Positions 9,902 to 20,622 of a stretch of DNA of 64,000 bases are shown here, one piece after another; the stretch's first letter is position 1; every line of letters starts with the position of its first letter. The stretch is from an uncultured delta proteobacterium (GTDB lineage: Bacteria > Desulfobacterota > Binatia > UBA9968), in the NCBI GenBank assembly GCA_963727625.1, contig CAVSHR010000009.1, positions 224,001 to 288,000 of the forward strand, written 5' to 3'. A program made the translations under genes and the position numbers. Under the pieces are notes generated by a model. The model did not search any database. It worked only from the letters and a program-made list of their open reading frames with translations, and was not told the origin of the DNA.

Positions 9902-11545
9902 ATGAAGCCCCATCCATTACCCTATCCGAGCTTGGTTCTCTATAACGGCAAGGTCCGCACCTTCGCGAGCGAAAATTTGATTTGCGAAGCCGTTGCTTGT
10001 GCCGGGTCGCGCATCGTCGCCATCGGCAGCTCGGATGAAATGCGCCGTCTGGCCGGACCGGAGACTCAGGCAATCGACCTCAAGGGCCGCACCGCGATCC
10101 CAGGCTTGACCGATACTCACGTGCATCTTTCTGAAAAAGGCACGGCGGAAATGGCGCTCGTCGATTGCCGGGACTTCTACGTCAACGTCGACTCGGTCGC
10201 CGACATTCTGCAACGGCTGGCCAATGCCGCTGCAAACTCGCCTAAGGGTTCGTGGATCGTTGCTCACGGCAGCCCGATGCAGGATTTTCGCCTCACCGAT
10301 AAACGTTTTCCCAACAAGCATGATCTTGATCGCGTCGTGCCGGACCATCCGGTTTCCATTTCCTTCGGCGCGCATATCACCATCGCTAACACTCCGGCCT
10401 TGGCAGCGGCCAAGATCACTCGCGATACACGCGACCCCGCAGGCGGCCACATCAAACGTGATTCCCAAACTGGCGAGCCCACGGGAGAATTGCACGAACG
10501 CGCCCAGTTGATCGTCAAGAAAGTTGCTCCCGAGTTTAACTATCTCCAGCTAAAGGATGGCATCGTCTTCGCGCTCAACCAGTGTCTTGAACGCGGCGTC
10601 ACCACGGTTCACGACATCGTGCGCTATGCGGAGCCGGTGCGTGCTTATCAGGAGCTCCACAAAGAAGGCCGCATGCACGCTCGGGTGAGCATCCTGCCGC
10701 GCGTGATCGAGTCGATGATCGAGTCGAAAAGCCTGATTGAGCTCGGCCTGATCACCGGCTTCGGCAACGAGTGGCTGCGGGTGGGCGGCGTAAAGATGAG
10801 CATCGATGGCGGCATCACCGGACGCAACGCCTGCTTTTACGACCCATACGAAGACGATGAACACAATCACGGTATCATTCGCATCCAGCAGGATGAATTG
10901 AACAACACCGTGCAGAAGTGCCACGAAGCCGGCCTGCGCTGCTGCGTGCACGCGATCGGCGACCGCGCCTTCGACATGGCGCTCGATGCCTATGACAAAG
11001 CGATTGCGAATTCGCCGCGAAAAGATCATCGCCACCGTATCGAACACATGGGCAACTGGCTGTGCACGCCGGAAAGAATGCAGCGCATGGTGCGTTCCGG
11101 CATCGTCGCCATACCGAATATCGCCATCGGTTATTACGTCGGCGACGCGATTCTCGATTGCGTCGGCGAAAAGCGTCTAACCAAGGCTTTTCCGTTCCGT
11201 ACCTTACTCAAGAACGGCGTGGTCATCGCAGGCGGCTCGGACTCGCCGGGCTACTGGCCTGTCGATCCGTTGCGCGATATCGCCGCCTGCGCATCCCGCA
11301 AGATGCGCTGGGGCGAAGTGTGGGTGCCGGAAGAACGGATCAGCGTCGCCGAAGCGTTCGCCATGCACACGACCACCGCTTCGTGGGTCGGTTTCGAGGA
11401 AAATGAAAAGGGCAGCCTCGAAGTGGGCAAGCTCGCGGATATCGCCGTGCTTGCCGAGGATCCGTTCGAGATCGATGCGGAACAAATTAGAGATCTTAAA
11501 GTCGAAATGACCCTGGTGGGCGGCGAGATAAAATATCGGGCCTAA
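9902..11545 (+). CDS. Amidohydrolase, YtcJ-like (amidohydro_3)
   Basis: PGLTDTHVH, K..IDG, HAIGDRA, HRIEH, GGSDSP, GSLEVGKLAD. Confidence 0.9.
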   Translation: MKPHPLPYPSLVLYNGKVRTFASENLICEAVACAGSRIVAIGSSDEMRRLAGPETQAIDLKGRTAIPGLTDTHVHLSEKGTAEMALVDCRDFYVNVDSVADILQRLANAAANSPKGSWIVAHGSPMQDFRLTDKRFPNKHDLDRVVPDHPVSISFGAHITIANTPALAAAKITRDTRDPAGGHIKRDSQTGEPTGELHERAQLIVKKVAPEFNYLQLKDGIVFALNQCLERGVTTVHDIVRYAEPVRAYQELHKEGRMHARVSILPRVIESMIESKSLIELGLITGFGNEWLRVGGVKMSIDGGITGRNACFYDPYEDDEHNHGIIRIQQDELNNTVQKCHEAGLRCCVHAIGDRAFDMALDAYDKAIANSPRKDHRHRIEHMGNWLCTPERMQRMVRSGIVAIPNIAIGYYVGDAILDCVGEKRLTKAFPFRTLLKNGVVIAGGSDSPGYWPVDPLRDIAACASRKMRWGEVWVPEERISVAEAFAMHTTTASWVGFEENEKGSLEVGKLADIAVLAEDPFEIDAEQIRDLKVEMTLVGGEIKYRA

Positions 11546-11559
11546 GTGAGTCTTCTTAT

Positions 11560-12102
11560 CTACCTCGCTCGGCCGACACTGACAAAGGGGCGGTGCGACT
11601 GGCGCTCCGTCGCCAGATTGATTTTCTTGCGTTGTTTGTAGATGTGGATGCACAGCTCCTCGATCGTCGTCGGTAGGGATTCGTTGGTCTCGGCACCTGT
11701 TTGGATTGGTTCCCACTGCACGGTTATCGACTGGATCCTATCCGATTGATCCTGCCAAGAGACACGCAAAAGCCTGCCGTGCAAGCGATCGACATAATTT
11801 CCGGCGAGGCGAAAAATCTGCGATAGGCTCAACAGATCGGGAGGATCGAAAAACGGCCTCCGCTTCCCGCGCCCGGCCGCATCCAGGCGCTGCAGATCTT
11901 CCGGCGTGTAATGTTTCTCGTGGTCCAGCGTCATCGAAGTGCCACGGTTCCACGCCTGGACCACGAGATCGTCCCCGTGAATTTTGATTTCCACCGCCTT
12001 GAGTTGCATCTGCTCGAGCGACTGCCCGACGCAGCGAAGAATCGAGGCATAGCGCAATTTTTTCGGCGCCAGTCCGATTGCGGAAAGAGCTTTTGTTGTC
12101 AT
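11560..12102 (-). CDS. Hypothetical protein
   Basis: Non-overlapping ORF of about 180 aa with an apparent internal repeat (YASILRCVGQSLE / LSQIFRLAGNYVD); start uncertain (12102 or 12120). Confidence 0.65.
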   Translation of the reverse strand: MTTKALSAIGLAPKKLRYASILRCVGQSLEQMQLKAVEIKIHGDDLVVQAWNRGTSMTLDHEKHYTPEDLQRLDAAGRGKRRPFFDPPDLLSLSQIFRLAGNYVDRLHGRLLRVSWQDQSDRIQSITVQWEPIQTGAETNESLPTTIEELCIHIYKQRKKINLATERQSHRPFVSVGRAR

Positions 12103-12242
12103 GTTGCTACAAGCGAGCAACGATTATGCCAAATAATACCGCCGAGAGATCCTTCAATTTCCCAAAAATTATCGACTTGCTGTGCAAAATTGTCCTTCGA
12201 CTCACTAAACTCGTCATAGCTCGGAATGACTCTGCCCAAATA

Positions 12243-12280
12243 AAAAAATCGCCCCGTCGCTGGCGCTGGGGCGATTTTTT
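12243..12280. terminator. Rho-independent terminator (bidirectional shape)
   Basis: AAAAAATCGCCCC-N12-GGGGCGATTTTTT just downstream of the minus-strand ABC cluster. Confidence 0.85.
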
Positions 12281-12314
12281 ATTCGAAAACTTGCCGACGG
12301 AATATATATTCGGA

Positions 12315-13847
12315 TCAGCGGATTTTCATTTCCGCCGCCAAAATGCGCTCTCCGGGCTTGGCCTTCCACTCGATATTGTTTGCGACACCGTAAATTTCCG
12401 CCAGCTGATACAGCGGTACCAATGGCGCATCATCCATCAGGATTTTACCGGCCTCTTGCATCAGCGCAATGCGCTTTTTCATGTCGCCGGTTCTTTGCTC
12501 TTCCTCAATCAATTTGTCGAACTCGGCATTCTTATACATTAGCCGTTTGGTGACGCCGGAATGAAAGTACTGGTCATACACGGTATCGGCGTCGATCGCC
12601 GGACGGCCGACATAATAAAAAGGAAGCTTGCCGCCGTTGACACCCTCCTTGCCCCAGAAAACAATGAATTCTTGTGCGATCAGCTCGGCCTTCACCCCGG
12701 CTTTGCTCAACTGAGCGGCGATCACTTGGCACACCTCCTTTGCCTTGGGATACCGGTCCGGCGAAAGATAGAGCTTGACATTCAGACCGTTCGGATATCC
12801 GGCCTTGGCCAACAATTCTTTAGCTTTTGCCGGGTCCACGGCATACCGTTTCGTGTTCGGGTCCACGCCGATCACGTTGGATGCTACGGGACCGTCCATC
12901 AGATAGCCGTTCCCTTCATAGATGTGTTTGATGATCACCGAAGGATCGATGGCATAATTGAATGCCTGGCGCACCAGTTTGTTATCGAAAGGTTTGTACG
13001 CCGGATTGAGCACGAGAAAGTACATGCGCTGTCCTTGCGCCTTTTCAATCCGCAGCCGTGGATTTGCTTTGATTCGGGAAATCTCTTCCACCGGAACATT
13101 GTTGATGACGTCGCCCTGGCCCGCGAGCAAACCTGAAACCCGCGCGGCATCCTCTTTGACTTTTTGGGTGACGATTTCCTTGATGTCCGGTTTTGGTCCC
13201 CAATAATCGTCGTTGCGCGTCAGCACCATTGGGCTGCTGCGATCCCAGCTGACGAATTTATAGGGGCCGGTGCCGATCGGATGCTGATCGACTTCGGCGC
13301 CGTACTTATCGGCGGCGGCTTTGCTGATCATAAACCGATTGGTTAGACGGTCGAGCATGACCGCATTGGGCACCTTGGTGGTGATCACCACGGTGAGATC
13401 ATCCTGTGCTTTGACTTCGGTAATGTCCTTCAGCCCCGACTTCTGCAAGCTCTTCGGGTCCTTCTTAATCCGGTTGATCGAATGGACCACGTCCTTGGCC
13501 GTGAACGGCGATCCATCGTGAAAGCGCACGCCCTTTTTAAGATGGAATGCCCATTGTTTTCCCTTGAACTCCCATGACTCGGCCAGCACCCCGACGTAGT
13601 CCATCTTGTCATAATCTTCCTGGACCAACCCTTCGAGCATGTGGTTCCAAATGCCGTATTGAGGGCTCGATGTGTATGCGTAGGGATGCAACGAATCCAA
13701 GCTCACGCTGCTCAAAATCGTCAAACGCTCCTTCGACGCCGAATAACTCAGTTTCGGCCATGCCCCGGCTGCCCACGCCGTTAGTCCTGCGAGCGCGCTG
13801 CGCTTGAGAAAGTCACGACGATTAATTCCATTCCATTTCGAAGACAT
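12315..13847 (-). CDS. Peptide/nickel-family (DppA-like) ABC substrate-binding protein, Tat signal
   Basis: NRRDFLK Tat motif; GVLAESW, FHDGSPFTAKDV, PIGTGPYKF. Confidence 0.92.
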   Translation of the reverse strand: MSSKWNGINRRDFLKRSALAGLTAWAAGAWPKLSYSASKERLTILSSVSLDSLHPYAYTSSPQYGIWNHMLEGLVQEDYDKMDYVGVLAESWEFKGKQWAFHLKKGVRFHDGSPFTAKDVVHSINRIKKDPKSLQKSGLKDITEVKAQDDLTVVITTKVPNAVMLDRLTNRFMISKAAADKYGAEVDQHPIGTGPYKFVSWDRSSPMVLTRNDDYWGPKPDIKEIVTQKVKEDAARVSGLLAGQGDVINNVPVEEISRIKANPRLRIEKAQGQRMYFLVLNPAYKPFDNKLVRQAFNYAIDPSVIIKHIYEGNGYLMDGPVASNVIGVDPNTKRYAVDPAKAKELLAKAGYPNGLNVKLYLSPDRYPKAKEVCQVIAAQLSKAGVKAELIAQEFIVFWGKEGVNGGKLPFYYVGRPAIDADTVYDQYFHSGVTKRLMYKNAEFDKLIEEEQRTGDMKKRIALMQEAGKILMDDAPLVPLYQLAEIYGVANNIEWKAKPGERILAAEMKIR

Positions 13848-13980
13848 GATTACCTCCTCTTTACGCGGCTGGGTTTTCCGTCACGGCTTCGCTATCGGAA
13901 AAACGGCCCCGCGCGGCTTATTTTGATTGGATCCAGACATGAACTTACCCCAACCAAGTCCTAAGTCCAGACCCTTAGCG

Positions 13981-14534
13981 CTATGGAAAAAATTTTATCC
14001 GGGGGGGGGCGGGCGGGTATCGCGGACGGTATCCGCATCCGCCGCCGGACGGCCGACGTAATAGAAGGGGCATCTTACCTCCGTTGACGCCGTCTTTGCC
14101 CCAAAAAATAACGAACTCCTGCGAGACAAGCTCGGTCTTTATGCCGGCTTTCGCCAATTGATCGGCGATAACCTGGCACACGTCCTGCGCCGTGAACGGA
14201 GCGCCGTCGTGAAAGCGGATGTTCTTGCGCAGCTTAAACACCCATATTTTGCCCTGAAAATCCCATGACTGGGCGAGCACGCCGAAATAATCTCTTTGGG
14301 CGTAGTTCACCTCGACCAACGGTTCGACCATGTTGTTCCAGATGCCGCACTGCGGGCTGGAGCTATGCGCGTACGGGTGCAGCGTGTCTAAACCGATACT
14401 GCTAAGAATCGTCAGGCGTTTTCTTGATGCGGCGTAGCTCGTTTTGACGAACGTGCCGCCCAATGCGGCGCTGAGCCCCAAGAAAGCACTCTTCTTCAAG
14501 AAATCGCGACGATGGATATCCGGTGTGAACTCAT
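13981..14534 (-). pseudogene. Internally deleted DppA-like binding-protein pseudogene
   Basis: ATG 14534 is out of frame with HRRDFLKK; FTAQD is joined directly to VCQVIADQL (about 250 codons missing versus the 12315..13847 paralog); 3' end truncated. Confidence 0.85.
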
Positions 14535-14593
14535 AGCCCCCCTCCTTGGATTACGTTCAACGACTCTCTGAGCGCGAAATTTGCGGACTTGTT

Positions 14594-16132
14594 TTATTTA
14601 ATTTTCATGTCCCAAGCCAGCACTTTCTCGTCCGGTCGTTTCTTCCAAACTAAGTTCTTCGCCACGCCGTAAATATCGGCGAGGTTGTACAGCGGTATGA
14701 ATGTCGCTTCGTCCATGATGATCTTACCGGCCTTTTGCAACAACGGAACGCGCGTCTTTGGGTCCGGTGTTTGCTGCTGTGCTTCGATGATTTGATCGAG
14801 CTCCGGATTGCTGTAATTGGTCCGTTTCGTCGTTCCCGTGCGAAAATACTGATCATAAAGCGTATCGGCGTCCGTGAGCGAGCCGCGCCCGATGTAATAG
14901 AACGGCAAGCCGCCGCCATTAACGCCCTGTTTGCCCCAGAAAAGCGCCCACTCCTGGGATATCAGCTCGACGCGAAAGCCGCCTTTGACCATTTGCGCGG
15001 CCAGCACCTGGCACACCTCCCGGTCTTTCGGATATCGTCCGGCGGAATAATAGAGTTGGATATCACAACCGTTGGGAAACCCGGCTTGCGCCAACAGCGC
15101 CCTGGCTTTTTGCGGATCGTAGGGATAGCGTTTGAGTTTGGGATCGGAGCCGACCACGTTGGAACCGACCGGACCGTTGCACGTATAACCCGCGCCGTCA
15201 AAAATGTTTTTGACGATCGTCGGGGCATTGACGCTGTAGTTTGCCGCCCGGCGCACCAAGGGGTTGTCCCAGGGCTTATGCGCCACGTTGAAGGCAAGAA
15301 AGAACATCCGCAAACCTTCGACCTTGTCGATCCGCAGGCGCGGATGTTTTTGCAAACGCGCGACCTCGTGGATTGGCACGTTGTTGACAAAATCCGCCTG
15401 GCCGGACTCCAGCGCGGCCAAACGCGCGGCGTCCTCAGTGACCTTGCGAAAGATCACCTCCTTGATTGCCGCCTTGCCGCCCCAGTACTCGTCATTGCGG
15501 GTAAAAACCATATTGCCACCGCGCTGGTAGCTGACAAATTTATACGGTCCGGTGCCAATCGGATTGTCGTAGAGCTTATCGCCGAATTTCTCGCCGGCGA
15601 TGTGACTGAGAATGAATCGGTTCTCGATGCGATCGAGAAAAATGGCCAGCGGTTTTTTGGTGACGAACACCACCGTCAGTTCGTCCGGAGTTTGAATTTC
15701 CACTACGTCCTTGAAATTCGGCGCCTGCAAACTGCCCCCCTTGGTGTCGCGCATTTTCGCGACCGAAAATACCACGTCCTTGGAAGTCAGCGGCGCACCG
15801 TTATGAAACTTGATTCCCTTTTTGAGTTTGAAAACCCACTTGTTGCCTTGAAACTGAAAAGACTCGGCAAGAACACCGACGTATGCTTTTTTCTGGTAGT
15901 CAAAATCGATGAGCGGTTCCATGATATGTTGCCAGTCGCCGTAGATCGGACTGGAGCTGTGATTGTACGGATGGATCGAGTCGGCGACGCTACTATGGTA
16001 GATCGTCACCCGATCGCGGGACGCGCCGTACGCCTGCCGCGAAAAAGACGGCGCAGCCAGCGCGCCTGCGCCAAAAATCACGCTTCGCTTTAAGAAGTTC
16101 CGTCGGTCAAGGTTAATCTTCCTGTCGCCCAT
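14594..16132 (-). CDS. Peptide/nickel-family (DppA-like) ABC substrate-binding protein, Tat signal
   Basis: DRRNFLK Tat motif; FHNGAPLTSKDV, PIGTGPYKF; paralog of 12315..13847. Confidence 0.92.
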   Translation of the reverse strand: MGDRKINLDRRNFLKRSVIFGAGALAAPSFSRQAYGASRDRVTIYHSSVADSIHPYNHSSSPIYGDWQHIMEPLIDFDYQKKAYVGVLAESFQFQGNKWVFKLKKGIKFHNGAPLTSKDVVFSVAKMRDTKGGSLQAPNFKDVVEIQTPDELTVVFVTKKPLAIFLDRIENRFILSHIAGEKFGDKLYDNPIGTGPYKFVSYQRGGNMVFTRNDEYWGGKAAIKEVIFRKVTEDAARLAALESGQADFVNNVPIHEVARLQKHPRLRIDKVEGLRMFFLAFNVAHKPWDNPLVRRAANYSVNAPTIVKNIFDGAGYTCNGPVGSNVVGSDPKLKRYPYDPQKARALLAQAGFPNGCDIQLYYSAGRYPKDREVCQVLAAQMVKGGFRVELISQEWALFWGKQGVNGGGLPFYYIGRGSLTDADTLYDQYFRTGTTKRTNYSNPELDQIIEAQQQTPDPKTRVPLLQKAGKIIMDEATFIPLYNLADIYGVAKNLVWKKRPDEKVLAWDMKIK

Positions 16133-16160
16133 GCATTCCTCCTGAAAAATCTCAAAACAC

Positions 16161-17027
16161 CTACCGCTGCCGTCTTAGTTTCGGATCGAAAATGTCGCGC
16201 AAGCCGTCGCCTAGCAAATTTATCCCGAAAACGGTGATAAAAATCGCCAAGCCCGGAAATATCGTCAGCCAGGGCGCGCGATTGATGTAGCTCCGTCCTT
16301 CGCTCAACATCGAACCCCAAGTGGGAATATGAACCGGCACGCCCAAACCGAGAAAGCTTAAGCTCGCTTCGGTAATGATGACAATGGCCATAGCGAAGGT
16401 CGCTATGACAGTAACGCTGGCAAAAGTATTCGGCACCACATGGCGAAAAATCACATACCAATCCTTGCCGCCGAGGGCCTTGGCCGCGGTGACAAAATCG
16501 CGCTCTCGAATCGAGAGCACCTCGCCGCGCACAACGCGGCAGAACTGCACCCACCGGCTCAGCATCAACGCCATAATCAAATTGCCGACACCTTGGCCGA
16601 AAAACGCCATGATCGCGATCGCGATCAGTAAAAATGGGAAGGCGAGAAAAATCTCTGAGATTTTACTGATAATCTCATCGGCCGTTTTGCCGAAATAGCC
16701 GGCGACGGCGCCGAGCGTACAGCCGAGCAGTCCCGCAAAGATTACCGTCGCTGCGCCGACCAACAAAGAAATCCGGGATCCATAGATGATACGGCTGAGC
16801 ATGTCTCTGCCAAGATTGTCGGTGCCGAGCAAATAAGCCGGCGAGCCGTTTTCAGACCAGCGCGGCGGGCGCAACCGATCTTCCAAAGTTTGCGCTTGGG
16901 GGTCGCGCGGCGCGAGCAAAGGCGCGGCGACTCCGCAAACAAAGAGCAGCACCAAAATCGCCCCCCCAACCCAGACTTTTAAATGGCGCAAGCTAATCAT
17001 GACGATTTGCCGGTCCAAGTGTGACAA
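16161..17027 (-). CDS. Peptide ABC transporter permease (DppC-like)
   Basis: LLGTDNLGRD, EAA-type loop FVTAAKALG, EASLSFLGLG, NLLGDGLRD. Confidence 0.92.
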   Translation of the reverse strand: MSHLDRQIVMISLRHLKVWVGGAILVLLFVCGVAAPLLAPRDPQAQTLEDRLRPPRWSENGSPAYLLGTDNLGRDMLSRIIYGSRISLLVGAATVIFAGLLGCTLGAVAGYFGKTADEIISKISEIFLAFPFLLIAIAIMAFFGQGVGNLIMALMLSRWVQFCRVVRGEVLSIRERDFVTAAKALGGKDWYVIFRHVVPNTFASVTVIATFAMAIVIITEASLSFLGLGVPVHIPTWGSMLSEGRSYINRAPWLTIFPGLAIFITVFGINLLGDGLRDIFDPKLRRQR

Positions 17028-17324
17028 TCACTCCTTGGATCAGGCCGTAACCACGACCCCATCGACCGTGGTATGGGAAAATTGATGCTCCTTATATAGT
17101 CCGAAAGGGCAGCCGTCTCAACCACTATCCGAGCCTTTCGTCCTACAAAAGGCCCGCGGCTCAAGACCTAAATTAGCAGATCTTGTGCTCACTGGACAAA
17201 GCGTCGGAAACTGCGCGTGCGGGCGCGCCCACCCTGTTGCGGCGGCGTTCAGCAAAGACCGTGGATTACGCTAAACGAGTTTGAGCTAGGGAAAACGAGC
17301 CATGGGTCGCAGGGCAGTGAAACA

Positions 17325-18326
17325 TTACGACAGCTTGATTCTTGGATCGATCAGGCCGTAAAGCAGGTCGACCAACAGATTCACAAAGAAGTAAGTGACG
17401 GCAAAGACTAAGATCAAGACCTGGGTGAGTTTGTAGTCGCGCGCCGAGATCGATTGGATCAGCAGGTCGCCGATGCCGGGAAATGAAAAGACCGTTTCGG
17501 TGATCACTGAGCCGCTCAGCAAGGCGCCCAACTGAAGGCCAAGAATGGTGACGATGGTAATCAGCGCGTTGCGGAGGATATGATGCCAGATGACGTTTCT
17601 TTCGCTCAAGCCTTTCGCTCGCGCCGTCGTGACATAATCCTGGCGCATCACTTCGAGCACGCTCGAGCGCGAGATTCGTGTGACAATCGCCGCCAGCGAC
17701 GAACCCAGAGTAACCGCCGGCATCAGCAGATGCTGCATGGCGCTCCAAAAGCCGGCGAAATTTCCGGTCAAAAGGCTGTCGACGAGATAGAGCCCGGTGA
17801 TCGCCTTGATCTCGACGCCGTACTCGATGCGGCCCGCCACGGGTAGAAGATTCAGTTGCCCGCCGAGGAAATAGATCAGCATGATGCCGAGCCAAAAGTT
17901 GGGCAAGGAAACGCCGATGAGAGCAACGCTCATCCCGGCGTGGTCGAGCAACGAGTTATGCTTAATCGCGGAATAGACGCCCAGTGGCACGGCGATCAGG
18001 ACGGCCACGCACAGACTGGCGAAAGCCAATTCCAGCGTGGCCGGCAATCGTTCGGCTACCAGATTCGTGACCGGTTCATTGAACTTGAGCGATTTGCCGA
18101 AGTCTCCGGTGACTGCGTGGGCCAAGAAATCCCAATATTGCACCAACAGCGGCTTGTCCAGACCCCACTCATGGCGGGCCCGCGCGACGTCGGCCGGAGT
18201 GGCGTCGTCGCCCAGTAGAAGCGTCACCGGATCACCGGGCGCGATATGCATCAGGAGAAAAATCAGGAAAGAGATGCCGATGATGACGGGGATTGCGCCG
18301 ACGATTCTGCGGCTAAGCGTCTTCAT
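17325..18326 (-). CDS. Peptide ABC transporter permease (DppB-like)
   Basis: PGDPV, GLDKPL, RLPATLELA, DYVTTARAKGL, DPRI. Confidence 0.92.
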   Translation of the reverse strand: MKTLSRRIVGAIPVIIGISFLIFLLMHIAPGDPVTLLLGDDATPADVARARHEWGLDKPLLVQYWDFLAHAVTGDFGKSLKFNEPVTNLVAERLPATLELAFASLCVAVLIAVPLGVYSAIKHNSLLDHAGMSVALIGVSLPNFWLGIMLIYFLGGQLNLLPVAGRIEYGVEIKAITGLYLVDSLLTGNFAGFWSAMQHLLMPAVTLGSSLAAIVTRISRSSVLEVMRQDYVTTARAKGLSERNVIWHHILRNALITIVTILGLQLGALLSGSVITETVFSFPGIGDLLIQSISARDYKLTQVLILVFAVTYFFVNLLVDLLYGLIDPRIKLS

Positions 18327-18394
18327 ACCGAGTAAATTTCAAACCGATCGAAAAAAAACTACCGGTCCACGTAACGATTCGCCATTGGCAACGC

Positions 18395-19708
18395 TTACTG
18401 ACCCAGTTGGGCGAAAGATTGATCCAGGGCTCTCAACGCCTGGTCGATCTGCTCTTTGCTGACGTTGAGCGCCGGCGCGACACGCAGGACATTGCTGTAG
18501 GTTCCGCCCTTGCCGATCAACAAACCGTTGTTCTTGGTCAGCTCCATCACTCGCTTGGTGTTTTCCAGGTCGGGTTTTTTCTTTTCGCCGACCAGCTCCA
18601 TGCCCTGCATCAAGCCCATGCCGCGCACGTCGCCGATGATCGGGTACTTGTCTCTGAGCGCGTTTAAACCTTCGCGCAAGCGCTGGCCCATCAGTCGGGC
18701 GTTCTCAACGAGATTTTCCTCTTCGATGACTTCGATGGTCGCGTGGGCCGCGGTGGAGGTCACCGGGTTGCCGCCGAAAGTCGAGATGGTGTTGCCCTTC
18801 ATGCTGTCGGCCACCTCAGGGGTTGCGATGGTGGCGCCGATCGGCACACCGTTGGCCATGCCCTTCGCGAAGGTCATGATATCGGGATCGACATCCCAGT
18901 GTTCGATGCCGAACATCTTGCCGCCAGTGCGCCCCCAACCGGTCTGCACTTCGTCGCAGATAAATAGACCACCATATTTGCGGATGATCCCAACGATCTC
19001 TTTGAAATATTCCTTGGGCGGAACGATAAAGCCGCCGACCCCTTGAATCGGCTCGGCGAGAAACGCCGCAACGCGCCCTTGCGACGTCATGGTTTGAATC
19101 GCTTCTTCGGCATCCGCGGCGCATTTCAAATCGCAGCTCGGATAGGTTAGTCCGAACGGACAGCGGTAACAGTATGCGTTGGCGATGTGGTGCACGCCGG
19201 GCACGACGTTGGGCATGAGCCGCCAGCTCGACTGCGCCGACAGGCTCAACGCTAGATACGACCGACCGCTATAGCCGTGCCGCAGCGTGATCACGTCCTG
19301 GCATTGGGTGTGGAGCTGGGCTAGCAACACCGCGGTTTCGTTCGCTTCCGTGCCGCTGTTAGTGAAGAAGGATTTCTCCAGACGCCCAGGCGTGATCTGC
19401 GCCAATTTTTCCGCCAAGCGCACCTGCGGCTCGTTGGCGTAGAGCGTCGACATATGCTGCACTTTGTGCGTTTGCTCGTCGATCGCCCCGGTGACTTTGT
19501 CGTTGCAATGGCCGACGCTGACCGTCAAGATGCCGCCGAAAAAATCCAAGAACTCCTTGCCGTCAGCGTCGTAAACGTATTGATCCTTGGCGTGATCGAT
19601 CACCAGCGGCTCGTCGTAATACGTCGACACGCAGGAGAATAGGTATTTTTTTTGCTTCTCTAAGATTTCTTTTTTGTCCATAGCAGCCTTAATTTGATCG
19701 GGTAGCAT
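18395..19708 (-). CDS. Class III PLP aminotransferase (AGXT2-like)
   Basis: FTNSGTEANE, AEPIQGVGG, DEVQTGWGRTG, TFAKG lysine, STFGGNP; alternative start 19681. Confidence 0.92.
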   Translation of the reverse strand: MLPDQIKAAMDKKEILEKQKKYLFSCVSTYYDEPLVIDHAKDQYVYDADGKEFLDFFGGILTVSVGHCNDKVTGAIDEQTHKVQHMSTLYANEPQVRLAEKLAQITPGRLEKSFFTNSGTEANETAVLLAQLHTQCQDVITLRHGYSGRSYLALSLSAQSSWRLMPNVVPGVHHIANAYCYRCPFGLTYPSCDLKCAADAEEAIQTMTSQGRVAAFLAEPIQGVGGFIVPPKEYFKEIVGIIRKYGGLFICDEVQTGWGRTGGKMFGIEHWDVDPDIMTFAKGMANGVPIGATIATPEVADSMKGNTISTFGGNPVTSTAAHATIEVIEEENLVENARLMGQRLREGLNALRDKYPIIGDVRGMGLMQGMELVGEKKKPDLENTKRVMELTKNNGLLIGKGGTYSNVLRVAPALNVSKEQIDQALRALDQSFAQLGQ

Positions 19709-20562
19709 TAATGGCGCGTGAGGAACTCCAAAATCGGCGGATGGCCCTTTTCCGGCATCTCGCGCAGATAACCATGCCTACCGTCTTTGATGAGTACAAG
19801 CTCCGCGTTGGGAATTTTTTCCGCGAGCACTTTCGCCGATTCAACGTGGCTGCCGGTGCCGCCTTCATGGGTGTCCATGTCGCCGACGATGACCAACGTG
19901 GGCGCCTTGATTTGGTGGATAAGATGGGTGGTTTCGTGACATTGCCGCGCCACCACATGGCGTAGATAACATTTCAGCGGCGGCACCTCGTCAACGATCA
20001 GTTCCTGATATTTCTTGACCACGTCCGGGTGCTCCTTCATGAAGCTCTCGCTGAACATAAAACCCGGTCCCCAGTGATCGCTTTGATATTTTTCGTAGCC
20101 CTTCTCGATCATCTCCAGCACCGTGTCCAATGGCACGCCGCGCGGATAATCTTCAAGTTTCTCGCTATACTTTCCCGAGCCCGGCCCCGAGAGCACCAAG
20201 CTGCGCACTTTTTCGGGATAATCTAAGGAGATCCACTGGCACACCCGAGCGCCCATGGAGTGGCCCATCATGTGGGCCTTGTTTATGCCGAGCGCATCCA
20301 TCAGTCCGACGCAATCCTTGGCGAACAGGCGAGTCGTGTAGTGCATGTCCGGTTTATCGCTGCGTCCGAGACCGCGATGGTCGTAAATCAGCACTTGATA
20401 ATGCTTGGCGAACTCCGGTACCTGAGACACCCGCCATGGCGCCAGACTGATACCGGTGCCGGCGACCAGCACCAGCGGATCACCCTCGCCGTAGAGTTCA
20501 TAGTACAGATTGACGTCGTCGACTTTGACTTTGCCGCTTTTAACTGGTTTGAGCTCTTCCAA
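19708..20562 (-). CDS. Alpha/beta hydrolase
   Basis: YDHRGLGRS, GHSMGA, VGDMD, GRH; TTG start after GGAGG. Confidence 0.88.
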   Translation of the reverse strand: MEELKPVKSGKVKVDDVNLYYELYGEGDPLVLVAGTGISLAPWRVSQVPEFAKHYQVLIYDHRGLGRSDKPDMHYTTRLFAKDCVGLMDALGINKAHMMGHSMGARVCQWISLDYPEKVRSLVLSGPGSGKYSEKLEDYPRGVPLDTVLEMIEKGYEKYQSDHWGPGFMFSESFMKEHPDVVKKYQELIVDEVPPLKCYLRHVVARQCHETTHLIHQIKAPTLVIVGDMDTHEGGTGSHVESAKVLAEKIPNAELVLIKDGRHGYLREMPEKGHPPILEFLTRH

Positions 20563-20622
20563 GACCCCCTCCAAAATTGACCAACCGCTGACATGAAACT
20601 GCCCGGTGATCACTCCGCGACG

